DNA of 36,813 nt from Coniocarpon cinnabarinum. Its lineage: Eukaryota. Made by a program: the position numbers and the translations under genes. Where the stretch lies: NCBI GenBank assembly GCA_051942205.1, contig JAVECO010000027.1:124001-160813 (forward strand), written 5' to 3'. Below the pieces are notes generated by a model. That model ran no database searches. It had not been told where the DNA came from and saw nothing but the letters and a program-made list of their open reading frames with translations. This document shows, one piece after another, positions 1-11,786 of this stretch; position 1 is the first letter of the stretch, and each line of letters begins with the position of its first letter.

Positions 1-2
1 AT

Positions 3-1064
3 CTGTTAGATGCTGTTCCTGATGTGACGACGACAGAGGGCCTGCTCTTACCTTCATCACCAATGGAAGAGCCCATCGACTGGTCAAAATTCGCATATAC
101 TCAATATGCGACTACGCCAGACTACCTCTGCAACAGCCTCATGCTCTTCGAACGCCTTCAGACCCTCGGTTCACGCGCGCAGCGAGTCTTGTTATACCCA
201 GACACTTTTCATCATTCATACCCCGTTACCTACGAGACATCCGACGCGGAAGCGCAAGCTCAAATCGTGCTCGCCCTTCTCCTGAAGGCAGAGAGGGAGT
301 ACGACGTCACACTCAAACCCATAGAAGTCTTGCGCAAGAAAGGGATCGCGGATTCGACTTGGGCGGAGAGCTATACCAAGCTTCTGGCATTCAATCAGAC
401 CGAGTTCACAAGAGTTTTGAACCTCGACTCGGACGCGACACTGCTGCAGGACATGGATGAGCTGTTTTTCATCCCGGGTGCGCCTGTCGCTATGCCGCGC
501 GCCTACTGGCTTCCTCACCTCAAAGACAAAGCTGAATCCAAATTCACATCACTCCTGATGCTCGTCGAACCCTCGGAAGAAGCGTTCGCGCGCATTCAGC
601 AGGCTATCACTGCTGCGGACGGCAATACTTACGACATGGAGATTATGAACAATTTGTTCGGGGAGTCGTCTCTCGTCATTCCCCACCGAAGATACGGCTT
701 ACTCACCGGTGAATTGTTTGCCTCAGAAGATCAGCATCGACGGTATCTCGGCAACGAAGACGAAGCCTGGGATGCGAACGCGACCATTGCGGAGGCAAAG
801 TTCCTTCACTTCAGCAACTGGCCTTTACCGAAGCCGTGGATCAAGCCAACGCAGAAAATGATCGATGAAGTGTTGCCGACATGCAAGGTGGAAAATACGA
901 CTGAGACGGATGCACAAATAGGAAGTGGAAAGAGATCGGGGCGGCGAAGAAGAGACAAAGGAGCGGACTGTGAAGGGAAGCGGGTGTGGGAAGAAGCACA
1001 TGAAGACTTTCGAAGAAGGAGACTGGAAGTGTGCGGGATGATGCCACAGAATCTGGCCCATTAG
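3..1064 (+). CDS. GNT1: Glycosyltransferase family 8, GNT1-like glucose N-acetyltransferase (5'-partial)
   Basis: Motifs FAYTQYATxxxYLCNSLM, W..SYTKLLAFNQTEF.RVL.LDSD (DxD), AMPRAYWL and HFSNWPLPKPW are typical of fungal GT8/GNT1. The frame is open to the window edge with no ATG, so the true start and TM anchor lie upstream. Confidence 0.85.
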   Translation: MLDAVPDVTTTEGLLLPSSPMEEPIDWSKFAYTQYATTPDYLCNSLMLFERLQTLGSRAQRVLLYPDTFHHSYPVTYETSDAEAQAQIVLALLLKAEREYDVTLKPIEVLRKKGIADSTWAESYTKLLAFNQTEFTRVLNLDSDATLLQDMDELFFIPGAPVAMPRAYWLPHLKDKAESKFTSLLMLVEPSEEAFARIQQAITAADGNTYDMEIMNNLFGESSLVIPHRRYGLLTGELFASEDQHRRYLGNEDEAWDANATIAEAKFLHFSNWPLPKPWIKPTQKMIDEVLPTCKVENTTETDAQIGSGKRSGRRRRDKGADCEGKRVWEEAHEDFRRRRLEVCGMMPQNLAH

Positions 1065-1456
1065 ATTCAATGATGGTGCACTGGAGGATGGGCAAATACT
1101 GCAGGATAGTACACTAATGATGTAAATATTTAATGAACTATACTGCGAAGCCTTCGGTTTTGGCGGAGCGCGACTAACATGCAAGGGCTATCGCTATCTA
1201 AGTTACACGATGGATCGTTTATTTTTGAGCGCCTGAATAGCGCTTAATTATGCTTTTACTGAGCTCTTTGTGATCTGTCAATAGATGAGCGGGTGCTGCT
1301 TGTGGACCGCGGCGGCAATATGTGTGCCTAAGAATTAAGGAGGAAACATCAATACCCATTGCTCTTCTGTAGGACTGTGAATCTAGTCCTGGCAAAGGAC
1401 TCAGTCTGATCTTGCCTGTGTTCTTATCGAAAACAGGGCCTTTGAAGCTTGCGAGT

Positions 1457-2581
1457 ATGGCCCTGCGCGAGACTGCGGCCAATGTCGCTTGCGCATTCAG
1501 GGGAGCTTCAACACGACGTGGCCAATCACTATGGCAGGATACATTTCGGCGGCGAGCATCAACAGTAGCGACTGCGCAAGAAACACAAACAGCCGCTTAC
1601 GACGTTCGAGAGCTTGAAACCACTTCCACTTTCGAAGGCAACGGCGTTGCGAGCGATTACAACCCAGTTCTTCGAGCGCAGCAAAGAGAGGAACAACTTC
1701 CATCCAGCAGGTACTATATACACAATCTCAAATCTGAAACTTTCTCGCTGACGAGCAATCTTCCGTCTAGATACAAGTTCAGACCGCCTCGCTATTATCG
1801 AGGGCCGTTGCATCCTCACCAGCCACCACCCAAGACTGACATCGCCTCTCGCGAATTCCGACCCGGTCCCTTCTCCTCCCCACGCCTCGCTCAAACGTAC
1901 ACCAGCACGATCGCCCCTGATTACATGACACTCGCCTATCAACACTACCCGCCGGGCTACGAGCCCGCTCCCAAAGCACCTCGACTCCGCAGCTGGGACG
2001 ACAGCTCTCCCTATCACAAGAATCGCCCGCTGCGTGGTCCACGTGGCGGCGACTTTCTCCGCTTAATCAGAAAACCAATCGGATGTCGCAACATACCGCG
2101 ACTCACGGGCGTGACGGTGCATACCTTCTCGGCAGAAGCGTCGCAAGACTCAGGCCGGTTGCACGTCATGTCAATGGCTGTCCAAGCTATTACGGGCGTC
2201 CGACCCCTGGCGCATCGCGCGAAAACAAACGTCGCGGATTGGGGCCTGCGCGCGGGTCGGTATGCCAGCGTTACGGCTGATCTGAGAGGAGAGGACATGT
2301 TTAATTTCCTGGCGAAGATGGTGGATGTAGTCATGCCGCGGATTAAGGAGTGGTCGGGCGTGGCGGGCACGAGTGGTGATGGGAGCGGGAACATCAGTTT
2401 TGGATTCGGGCCGGACGAGGTGGCGTATTTTCCTGAGATTGAAGTGAACTATGACAGCTATCCCCCGAAGATGATACCAGGGTGCAATGTCACGGTCAAG
2501 ACGAGTGCGACCAATGATCGCGATGCACGGTTGTTGCTGATGTGCTTGGGAATCCCGTTTCATGGGAAGATGGTGAACTGA
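1457..2581 (+). CDS. MRPL7: Mitochondrial large-subunit ribosomal protein uL5m (MRPL7-like); probable intron 1711-1770
   Basis: L5 family motifs WDDSSPYHKNRPLRGPRGG, AVQAITGVRP, WGLRAG, VVMPRIKEWSGV, GDGSGNISFG, FPEIEVNYD and ARLLL..LGIPF. The ATG at 1457 gives an Arg/Ala/Ser-rich presequence. A 60-nt GTACTA...GCTGAC...TAG intron is in frame. Confidence 0.92.
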   Translation: MALRETAANVACAFRGASTRRGQSLWQDTFRRRASTVATAQETQTAAYDVRELETTSTFEGNGVASDYNPVLRAQQREEQLPSSRYYIHNLKSETFSLTSNLPSRYKFRPPRYYRGPLHPHQPPPKTDIASREFRPGPFSSPRLAQTYTSTIAPDYMTLAYQHYPPGYEPAPKAPRLRSWDDSSPYHKNRPLRGPRGGDFLRLIRKPIGCRNIPRLTGVTVHTFSAEASQDSGRLHVMSMAVQAITGVRPLAHRAKTNVADWGLRAGRYASVTADLRGEDMFNFLAKMVDVVMPRIKEWSGVAGTSGDGSGNISFGFGPDEVAYFPEIEVNYDSYPPKMIPGCNVTVKTSATNDRDARLLLMCLGIPFHGKMVN

Positions 2582-3483
2582 ACGTGGTGGTTGTTACATT
2601 ATTAACACATGTACAGTACGTGCTAGTAGCACTATAATCGATACACTGCCAGATTTTCGAGCAGCTGTCGACGCAGCTTTTCGCTTTGTCATCACATTTA
2701 CGACATGCTCTAGGGCACGGTGACTCGAGGAGTGAATTTTGCAGACCAGCTCAGACGCTTTTTGCAAATCAGTGAAGCACACTAGCAAATCGAACCGGCA
2801 ATTGGGCAGCTGTTGAGAAGGTAAACAGAAAAGACGATATCACGTGCTCAGTTCACAAGCTATCCACTCAACTTTCATCTCAAGTCGCAAAGACTCGCAC
2901 CTTGAGCAGAGTCCACCTCCCTCCTGGCTAACGGACCAATCAGCGACGATCACATGCCATTCCAGTCTTCACAAGATCGTAAGAACTCCATTGGCCATGC
3001 TCTCATCCCCATTGACTCCTGAGCCCAAAACTCGCCCTCTCTATTGACCACCCAAAAAGGAAACAGGCTACCCCAAACCAGTCCCCAATAGTAGCACATG
3101 TCTCCATGCTATTCAATGCTCTTCAAGGTTAGCATGCGCGTGTTTCAGATGTGGCTTTGAGACTGCGTGGGTACACGTGGTGGGAGGGTTTTCTATTCAG
3201 ATACGAAAGGGGAGTCAATACCGCTGACTGATGTACTCTGCCATGCTGTGATGTCGTCTCCGTACCGTGAGCTTCACTATTTCTGAGCGTCAAGCTGGTA
3301 CTCAAGATTGATCGTAGCGTTCGCTTGCAACTGCTGTCGTTACAATCAGGACGTTGATCGTCTCCGTCATATACCACAGCGCATCATCAAAGATTTGACG
3401 ATACCATAATCGCCCGACATCAGAGCTGATCACCATCACCATCACCATCAATATCTCAGAAATCAAGACGCACCGGGGCAGTA

Positions 3484-4914
3484 ATGGACCTCCCATCCAC
3501 ATCAATCTACCCCCAAGCCATCCTCTTCGCAACCCTCTCTCTCCTTACGACCCTCCTCAACATCCCGCCACTCATATGGCACATCAGCAAACGCAACCAC
3601 GCCTTTATTGTTTTGATCGCCTGGATCATCCTTCTCAACTTTTTGTCGTTTCTCAACGCTGTGCTTTGGCCTTCTCAAGCCTCCGTTTTTGGCTATCCTC
3701 CTGATCCATCTACCTACGCCAACGGCAACAACGATGGCAATGGCAACGAACTCGCGAAGGCTTTGGAGCAGTTCAAGATTGGCCAAGGCACATACGACGG
3801 CACAGGCCTCTGCGACATCCAAGCTAAACTGACCATATCAAGCTACACCGCCCTCCCCAGTACGCTGCTTATCGTCCTCCGCAACCTGTCTGGCGTCCTA
3901 AACACAGATCGGATCAACCTCTCACCCACTCGAGCCCAAAAACTTCGCAAACTCGCCCTCGAAGCAGCCGTAATCTGGACGATTCCCCTCTTATCAATGC
4001 TGTTTCATTACATCGTCCAGCCCAGCCGCTTTTTTCTCTTCACGGTTTCCGGGTGCAATCCCAGCGCTTATCCAAGTGTCCTAGCATTGGTGCTCATCTA
4101 CCTGCCGCCGCTCCTCCTTGGACTGATTGCGGGATTCTACGCCACTCTCTTACTGTGGAGAATCTACAAATACCGCCGCGATATGGCTGGACTCCTCGCA
4201 AACGCCAATACGTCTAAATCACGCTTCCTTCGACCCGTGATACTGGGATGTCTCTGCATCGCGGCGTTGATTCCATTGAGTGGCTACATGCTTGCGCAGA
4301 ATCTGAAGTTCGGACTGCTGCCTTTCCGCTGGGGAGAAGTGCATTCTCAATGGGAGATCATGAGAGTTGATTTGTCGACTGTGTTGCCGGATCGATGGGT
4401 CAGAGTTGGAGCGGGATTGTTGATTTTCTTATTCTTTGGACTCGGTGAAGACGCAAGAGCGCTTTACAAAAGCTGGATGTCCCGACTTGGGGTTATGCGA
4501 TGGGTTGATAGACTGCGATGTCGGACGCGCACTCGGATCGCTTCGACGGGGTCGTCGATTGTTGGGACGGGTTCGACGAGTGGGAGAGAGTGGTTCAAGA
4601 TGCACAAGACGTCCAATTCTACAATCGCAGACCTACCCACCACATCCACCACGACCACAAGCACGATCCTGACGGGCACGACCCCGGTGACAAAGTCAAG
4701 CAACTTCTCAAAAGGCAATCACAAAATGAGAGATTCGCTCGCGTCGTCAGGACTTGAGCCGCTATCACCGAGATCCACGATCTCCAGCGCGAGCACCTTT
4801 GCGACTACGATGCTTGAGCGGTTCTTACGCATTAGCGGTGATTTTGCGAAGAGTTCTGGGAACAAAGACGCGAGTCGAGACGTACACACGGGTGGGCATG
4901 GGATGGGTGTGTAA
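3484..4914 (+). CDS. STE3: STE3-type (a-factor/prenylated pheromone) G-protein-coupled receptor
   Basis: Seven hydrophobic segments. Motifs PPLIWH, NA..WP, GLCDI..KL, YIVQP.RF......GC and SRFLR, then FLFFGLG followed by a Ser/Thr-rich cytoplasmic tail. Confidence 0.92.
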   Translation: MDLPSTSIYPQAILFATLSLLTTLLNIPPLIWHISKRNHAFIVLIAWIILLNFLSFLNAVLWPSQASVFGYPPDPSTYANGNNDGNGNELAKALEQFKIGQGTYDGTGLCDIQAKLTISSYTALPSTLLIVLRNLSGVLNTDRINLSPTRAQKLRKLALEAAVIWTIPLLSMLFHYIVQPSRFFLFTVSGCNPSAYPSVLALVLIYLPPLLLGLIAGFYATLLLWRIYKYRRDMAGLLANANTSKSRFLRPVILGCLCIAALIPLSGYMLAQNLKFGLLPFRWGEVHSQWEIMRVDLSTVLPDRWVRVGAGLLIFLFFGLGEDARALYKSWMSRLGVMRWVDRLRCRTRTRIASTGSSIVGTGSTSGREWFKMHKTSNSTIADLPTTSTTTTSTILTGTTPVTKSSNFSKGNHKMRDSLASSGLEPLSPRSTISSASTFATTMLERFLRISGDFAKSSGNKDASRDVHTGGHGMGV

Positions 4915-5564
4915 GAACGAGAGGGCCATGACGCCGTTTAAGAGCCATTGCATGGCTTTGAGTTACTTGCAGAGATGGGAGATAAGCAATAAAGGCATCA
5001 TCTGGCTGCTAACGGGAACAAGGCCGATGGTTGATGTGCTGGGACTGGGGAAAGACATCAAAGATATGAATGTCGTTATTGTGATTGCGAGACGGATAGA
5101 ATCATGGATGCATCTAGCAACGTCGGTTCTTCGATCAGGGACAGGCATCAATCGAACACAACAATCAATTCCGAAGATTTTAAATCCAACGCTTAGTTAT
5201 GTACATGAGGTTTCGTATTCTAGTGTTGTTAGCGTGAGACGCGTCGAAACTTAGCGTGAGCTCATGCAAAAGCAAGTAATTCAAGCGTGCGCCGTGATCT
5301 TCATGACTCGACCCGAACATGACCTTAAAACTTGCATCAATTGGACTCATTCCCTTCTCGCATGATGACTCCCTGCGACAATTAAACATCAACTACGGAG
5401 ACTGCCCTTGTCAATGTGGTCTTAGTAAAGCAGTCATGCTCCTGCCGGTATCATAACCACTATACCATAATCAAATAGAGCAATAACCATATCATAACCA
5501 CTAGAAGAAGTACTTACTGGTTACTAATAGTTATAAGTAGTAAAAATGAAGTGATTAACGTAGA

Positions 5565-5720
5565 CGCTGTTACTAATGCCGCTACTACTATTGTCGCTAC
5601 TACTATGACCGCTACTATTGCCGCTACTACTATCGCCGCTACTACTATCGCCACTACTACTATTGCTGCTACTATAACCACTACTTTAACCGCTACTACG
5701 ACCGCTACTAATGCGGCTGC
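5565..5720. repeat. Low-complexity (GCTACTACT/GCCGCTACT)n tract with RIP signature
   Basis: Imperfect tandem trinucleotide-based repeat rich in TpA, inside a TpA-rich segment of ~5440-6060. The Thr/Ala-rich ORF 5551-5772 is simply its translation. Confidence 0.7.
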
Positions 5721-6354
5721 CTTAAAGTTAACAATCGTAATAAAGACGACGACGACAAGGTCTCATCTCTAGGAAAAATTTCGACTAATTTTCGCTTCTC
5801 CACTACTAATTTTAGTAATTGGTCACCACCATAACTATAACCAACCAAAAGAGTCATAATTGCATTGCACCATAACCGATGACCTCTCAGCCTCACCACT
5901 TATTAAGAGTGGTACTCATAACCGACCATTAGTAACCGCTTCACTAAAAACACTGCTTGTCATCTTGAACATCACATGTTCATACTCACAACCCAATAAC
6001 GGCATCCTCACGATACTATAACAAGACATACCGCTAAAGTAATCTAATAGGGTGTGAATTCAAGCGTAAGCATTAAGCGTAAGTGTTGTTAAAGCGTAAA
6101 AATTTACGAGGTCGAATCGGTAGCATCGATAGCTAAAATCATGAGCCTAAGAATCGATAGCCAAAATCGATAGCATAAGAATCATTAGCATAAGAGTCAA
6201 CAACCTCTTCAAAACCGCAGTCAAGGGTAATTCAGAAATCACATGATACATAATCTCTGAGTAGACCATCTTCGCTTCGTCGCCAGAAAACACCCACGAG
6301 GGATATTTTTCATCAGTAGACTCCAATATTCATACTCATATGAATCGAATCGAA

Positions 6355-7624
6355 TCATCGCCGTCGTTCTCGCATTAAGCCAGCATTGCACGCCAAGCTC
6401 CGTGAACTATTCATTGTCCTACCAGCCCACGCTAAGTCTTGTGCTGAGAGTCGTATACTGAGTCGTATACTGAGTCGTATAGGGTGCAGATGACAGCCCC
6501 CAAGATGTGGTCGCGTGAAACCGAATCCCGAGTTAAGCTCTGGACCTTTGTGTTGTTTTTTGAAGAAATACCAGTCTCGAATCTTTAGGTCTTGAACACC
6601 ACCGTGGAAGGCATTTGCGTGTTCAAAGCTATTTGTAAGATGAGAGCACCGCTGTATCGCCTCCGCCGCGAGTTCATGAAACATGCGAATTCTCGTAAGC
6701 GTGCGATGGCATTAAGATCTTTTTTCAGAGATTTCTCTACTCGGTCGAGCGGTGCTGTGAGATTAAGCCGTCCTGTCCTAGACGACGTCTAAGGGACGTG
6801 TTGCCTATTTTAGTACCTTAAGGTGGCGATACGTTATATGTAAGACTCTGCTTTGCTTACGCTTCGCTGATGGCGATGCGCTAGATAGCGTTGTCATTCT
6901 CGGTGGCATCTCTTTTTGCACTTACTTCGCAAGTCCGTCGATTTACTTAGCCACTAAAGTGTTTCTGAACAAGCTTCTAGGAAGGGAAGCTAAATACGAG
7001 CGGTATGTGGGGGATTACAATCCCAATTAACAAGAAAAGGAGACGGCAACTTAGGATAAAAAAAGAAATCTAAGAGATGTGAGATGTGATGATTGCTGGG
7101 ATGAAGCGCGGCTGTTTTACAGCACATTGCTGTTGTTTATAGTACTTATATCGAATTTATAATTTTCGCCGACCTTTCGTGCGCGCTCACGAACGAAATA
7201 AAGGCCTGTGGCTTGCTGCAACCATGCGAATTGCGTCGTGTCTTTGAAATAGCGCAGGTATTGCTCTCGCTCACCCAAAACATAATGACGAAACCCTCCA
7301 ATTGTGCGCAATGCGCGATTTCGGTACCATCAAGCTTTCATGATTGTTGCTCCGTGATCCAGGACCAGAATGAGCACGGATACAATGGAGTGTCGTGTAA
7401 TCTGTGTAGTCAGAGTCCACTTGGCCGGCATCTCAAATAGCGTGGACATCACTGTTGATGTTCGTCAGCTGCTGTTCTTGACTCGTTATGCCAGAGGCTT
7501 CCTCAAGTCGTGTGTATATTTTAGCGATGCTGGAACTGGTGTCCCTCAAGACTAAATGAGGATCCTGATGGGCTGGCGTTCGCCAATCGAGTGATTCCGC
7601 GGTGTCCGGTTCGTCGCAATTCAT
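6355..7624 (-). pseudogene. Degraded coding-like remnant(s) of unknown family
   Basis: Protein-like minus-strand fragments (e.g. LGEREQYLRYFKDTTQFAWLQQATGLYF; HQDPHLVLRDTSSSIAKIYTRLEE) interrupted by stops. No family recognised. Confidence 0.3.
6448..6481. repeat. 12-bp tandem repeat (GAGTCGTATACT) x~2.8
   Basis: Read directly: gagtcgtatact gagtcgtatact gagtcgtata. Confidence 0.85.
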
Positions 7625-7705
7625 GCGGGCGTCATGAGTCGTGGTATGAGCCTTGATGAAAGGCCTTCGTGATGTGTTGAAGTGTGGTGTTCCCTTTTTG
7701 CTCTC

Positions 7706-8575
7706 TCAGCCCTTGCCTAACAGCGAGAGGAACTCTCGTCGGGTCCTATCCCTCGATCGCATCATGCCTTGCATGCTGCTCGTCGTCGTCCCACTACTAC
7801 CTTGCCGCACGCCTCGACATGTCATACAGCTGTGCGTCATCTCCATCACGACAGCCAAACCCTGCGGCTGCAGGACCTCTTGTAACGCACCCGCAATTTG
7901 TTTCGTTAACCGCTCTTGAATCTGCAGCCGCTGCGCAAACATCTCTGCGATCCGCGCAAATTTGCTCAATCCCAGCACTCGTCCATTCGGGATGTATCCA
8001 ATATGTAGCGATCCGGAGAAGGGCAGAAGATGGTGTTCGCAGGTGCTGGAGATGCAGATATCTTTGATGAGCACCATGTCGTTGCTATCCTCCTCATACA
8101 GTGCGTCTCCAATGACGTCGTGCAGATTTAATTGATACCCGTTTGTGGCGTCAAGCACGGCACGAGCCAATCGCTCGGGGGTACCGCGTAGACCGCCTCG
8201 AAGCGGATCCTCGCCCACGCATTCGAGAAGTATACGAGCAGCTTCCTCCATTTTGCTCTTGCGCTCTGCGGCTGCAGCGGGTGACTCGGTTGTGCGAGCC
8301 CGAGTGCCGAGGGAGGGAGCACAGAGACCGTCATAGTCTATCAGGCGTGGTTTCAGAGCTGGACTGACGGAGCCGCTGCTCGGTGGTGTTAAAGGGTGAT
8401 TGGGACGGTCAGTGGTGTTATCGGAGAATGCAGGGCGCTCTGGCAGAGTCTCGAGCATGGGATGTACGTATGGCATTCTTGCGGCGGTGTAGTGAGATTT
8501 CAATGTGTTTGAGGGAGCGTTGGAGGTGGGGTTTGCATTAGTTTCGCTGTGCTCAGAGGAATATTCAGAGGACAT
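7706..8575 (-). CDS. FOL2: GTP cyclohydrolase I (FolE/FOL2 family), intronless
   Basis: Motifs [28 protein letters not shown]...[29 protein letters not shown] and H.CM..RGV, with the Zn ligands Cys/His/Cys present. Fungal-type N-terminal [15 protein letters not shown] segment. Confidence 0.95.
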   Translation of the reverse strand: MSSEYSSEHSETNANPTSNAPSNTLKSHYTAARMPYVHPMLETLPERPAFSDNTTDRPNHPLTPPSSGSVSPALKPRLIDYDGLCAPSLGTRARTTESPAAAAERKSKMEEAARILLECVGEDPLRGGLRGTPERLARAVLDATNGYQLNLHDVIGDALYEEDSNDMVLIKDICISSTCEHHLLPFSGSLHIGYIPNGRVLGLSKFARIAEMFAQRLQIQERLTKQIAGALQEVLQPQGLAVVMEMTHSCMTCRGVRQGSSGTTTSSMQGMMRSRDRTRREFLSLLGKG

Positions 8576-10564
8576 TCTGGCAGCTGTATGGGGTATCTAA
8601 TGAGCACAGTATGTTTTCGAACATTCAGGAACTAGATGCAAACAAGTCTGAGCATTAAACAACGGCAAATTCACAAAAAGGACCGGATGTGAGCTCGTCG
8701 GACAGCGTCGAGAAGGCAAATTTGATGCCAAGCTCTAGGCCATTCATTTTGGCCCCCGCCGAAGTCACGGACTCCGAGTGACGTCGGCGCGGATTGGCTT
8801 GGCCTCCGACTACCGAGAGTCACGTGCATGCGCCATGTCGAACCTGAACGACCACCGATACACAGAACCTATCTTGACGGGCAACGGAGGGCGAAACCAG
8901 CTTGAACGGTCAGCATGCGTAGCTTCAAGTGAGAAGTGTACTCGACTTCGTCCGGACTCGTCATGCTGTATGCGCCTAGTGGTGAAAACTCATCCAAGAT
9001 GCATATGCATGATCACGGTAAAGAAGTGCGTACTGGAAGTAGGGGGCACTCTGAGTGAAGCCTCAGTTACGCATGTTCAATGATTGAAAAGAGCTCGAAT
9101 TTCCGGCAATGCTTTCAGAACCGATGATAGATGGCCGTTTGGTCGAAGAAAGGCATACATCAACATTAATCAATGCCGAATGAGAGTCTCAGGAGTGGCC
9201 CAACCAGTGTGCGCGATGACAAGGGTCCACGGTGGAAGTCCTGGACCCCGTTGGTTCGCCAAGTTGAGTCGCTGAGAGCTACCTATCTCGTTTACAAGAT
9301 CTGGAGGAGGCCCATGCGTTGTTCTTGCGCTGAAGACCACGAATGAGTCATGGCCTAATCAGTTGCCGAATCAGTCGATAGATCTGCCCCAATTACGGAG
9401 TACATCCGTCAGCGTTTGACCAGTCGATCGTGCTTGGTGGAGCACACATCGGTGCAGACTGGCGCGAGGCGTAATACTTTGTGGAAGTCTATCGGAGCAT
9501 AAAGCACATTGAAACCCACGGACCCCTTGTCATTTCAAAATTAACCATTTTGCCGCAGGTCCGCATTCATTTCATCACGTCACCTTTATCGATAAGTGTT
9601 TCAGTAGACATATGGCTACGTAAAAGATTTGCCATCTCATTACAATACGCACCCACGTACAGTGTACTCATTAGTGATCCCCACTCGCAAAGCGTGCATG
9701 ATCGAAATCGAGAGCCATGTCCGTCCGCGCATTAACCTTGTGAGCTTTCACCCCCCCTCCCCCCTCGCAATCCTTCTCAGTGCCTTGTCCGCGGCAACGC
9801 TTCGGGGGTGGCAAAGCCCAGCTGTCTAAACCCTCGCTCAGGTCCATCGATAGGTGTTGACTTTCACAATATGACTTCCCGATTGCCCCTCTTAAGCTGG
9901 CTCCACCCAAATGCTTGTGGGTGAGGCTGGCCCTCTGGGCTCCGGGGAAAAGGCAATGGGTACCGCGACTCCTGCGATGTACGCTATACTCGCGTCGCTT
10001 CAGCAACATACAGGTGGTTCGGTTGCGGTGAGGCGAACCTAAAGATGGCAGAAACCATCCTCGATGAAGAGTTCTGCACGAGTCTCTGCGTCCAATCGGG
10101 ATGAGACCTGGGCCAAATAGCCGTCTGCTAGTCGGTAAAAGTGTCAAGGCTGCGAACTGCCTTCAAGCGCACACCGTGTAATTACAAGGAGGGGCTAGTG
10201 TTGATCACAGTGCACAGTGTTGACTGTCCGATCCGATGGCAACTGCCTTGACCTGCCATCCAGTCACATACACGAGCTATCGCGAGAAACTTGTGCACGC
10301 ACAGGTAATGTCACGTCCACAACCATGCCCGATATGAAATTGCGATCAGTACCCCGCGATTGAGAGTACTTACCAAAGGAGCGTAAGTGGGGCTGTGGTA
10401 AGTGTGGCATGCTTTTTGAGATGTGCTTATATAGGCTGCCCCAGCATCATTGCCCAAGGCCTCATTCTTTCAGGCTGGTTGCCTCTCTGTAATATCAGCT
10501 GGATAGCCAGTTTTCGCTTAGACTATTAGCGCCCTGAGCATGAAGAGTTAGAAACGACATCTAC

Positions 10565-11786
10565 ATGACTTATAAACAAGACTCTCTTCCAGAATCAGTG
10601 CCGTCAAAGGGTGAGAAACGTCGTTTAGAGGATCAAGGAAGGTATTTCATTCTGACGTAATTTGACTACGATCATGTCCTCAATAATGTCAGGGCTTATG
10701 TGCCGTCCTCGCGACATGGGGACCACAGCTTGAAGTCCCCAATGCAATCCGCACGGAAAGCCTCGAAAATACACGAGCAGCGTACGGGATGCGCGTTACA
10801 GACATCGGAAAAAGAAGTTGCCAATGATGCTATGTATGAGCAAGAATGCAGCCATATCTTTGGATATTACCGGCACGTCATGTCGAAGCTGAGCAGTAGC
10901 CACTCCGATTTTCAAAAACGAATAGCGATTTGCCTCAACACGTACGCACTGATTGAGCAGGCCGCTGATCGTGCTAGGTCTGAAGCTGGAAATCCACGAC
11001 GTCAAGTGACATGCGACGCACAAACTCAGGTGCCCGGCCCACAGAACGTCCACGCAATCCGGGAAACCACACCCCTGGACCCTGCGGAGAGCCACGTGCC
11101 TAGTCTATCGAGAGCTCCAACGAGCGATGTGATGCAAAAGCCAGCGTCTTTCGCCGGAGAGCAAATTGATTCCCAGGCCCAGGCCCAGGCCCAGGCCCGA
11201 GGTTCGACAAATTCTTGCTTCAATCCAGAAGCTTGTGGGTGGCGTGTAGCGCTGCAGTTTGGCTCACAACTAGCGTCACATGCAAATGGTGGAAGCGTTG
11301 ACTCGTGGAGCGATGTTGAAGCACCGATTTCTAGAGCAAACATCGAGCCAAAGGCACGGTCGTGTTCGGCGCAGTTGGTACGATCACACTCGGATATTCC
11401 GAATGCAATTTGCAATTGACATGAATGACTCTCCATAGGATGACAGCAATCTCCCAGAGTATCCTTCTCGCCAACTTCCAGCCCCGTACAGTTGCGAAAA
11501 TCGACCCACTGCAAGCCCCGTCTCATCCGCGAATGGCAGCTTAAACGACACGCTGGCGCCAGCTGCTTTCTTGACTAACGCAGACTTATTCCGTCAGATG
11601 CCGCCAACGACTCACGTGTCTCATTCGTCACCCACCGCAGAAAGCACTGCAAACTCAGGCTACTCTTACGGGTCAATACATCGATCTGTGGGACAGGAAT
11701 CGCTGGACGCCAATTTACAGAAGACTCAGCCAGCATTCGAGCGCGACTTCCGTCTTTTTGTTGACAATCATGCTTGGTGTGAGTGA
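10565..11786 (+). CDS. Hypothetical protein, 3 exons (10565-10641, 10693-11377, 11439-11786), ~369 aa
   Basis: Two GT-AG introns of 51 and 61 nt join an upstream ATG exon (MTYKQDSLPE...) and ORFs 10700-11419 and 11571-11786 in one frame. No family recognised. Confidence 0.6.

Noticed and set aside
5551..5772. Thr/Ala-rich ORF as a mucin/antifreeze-like protein
   Set aside because: No ATG or signal peptide. It arises from a RIP-altered low-complexity tract.
8778..10147. Short ORFs between GCH1 and the three-exon gene
   Set aside because: No recognisable motifs or consistent exon structure. Treated as intergenic.
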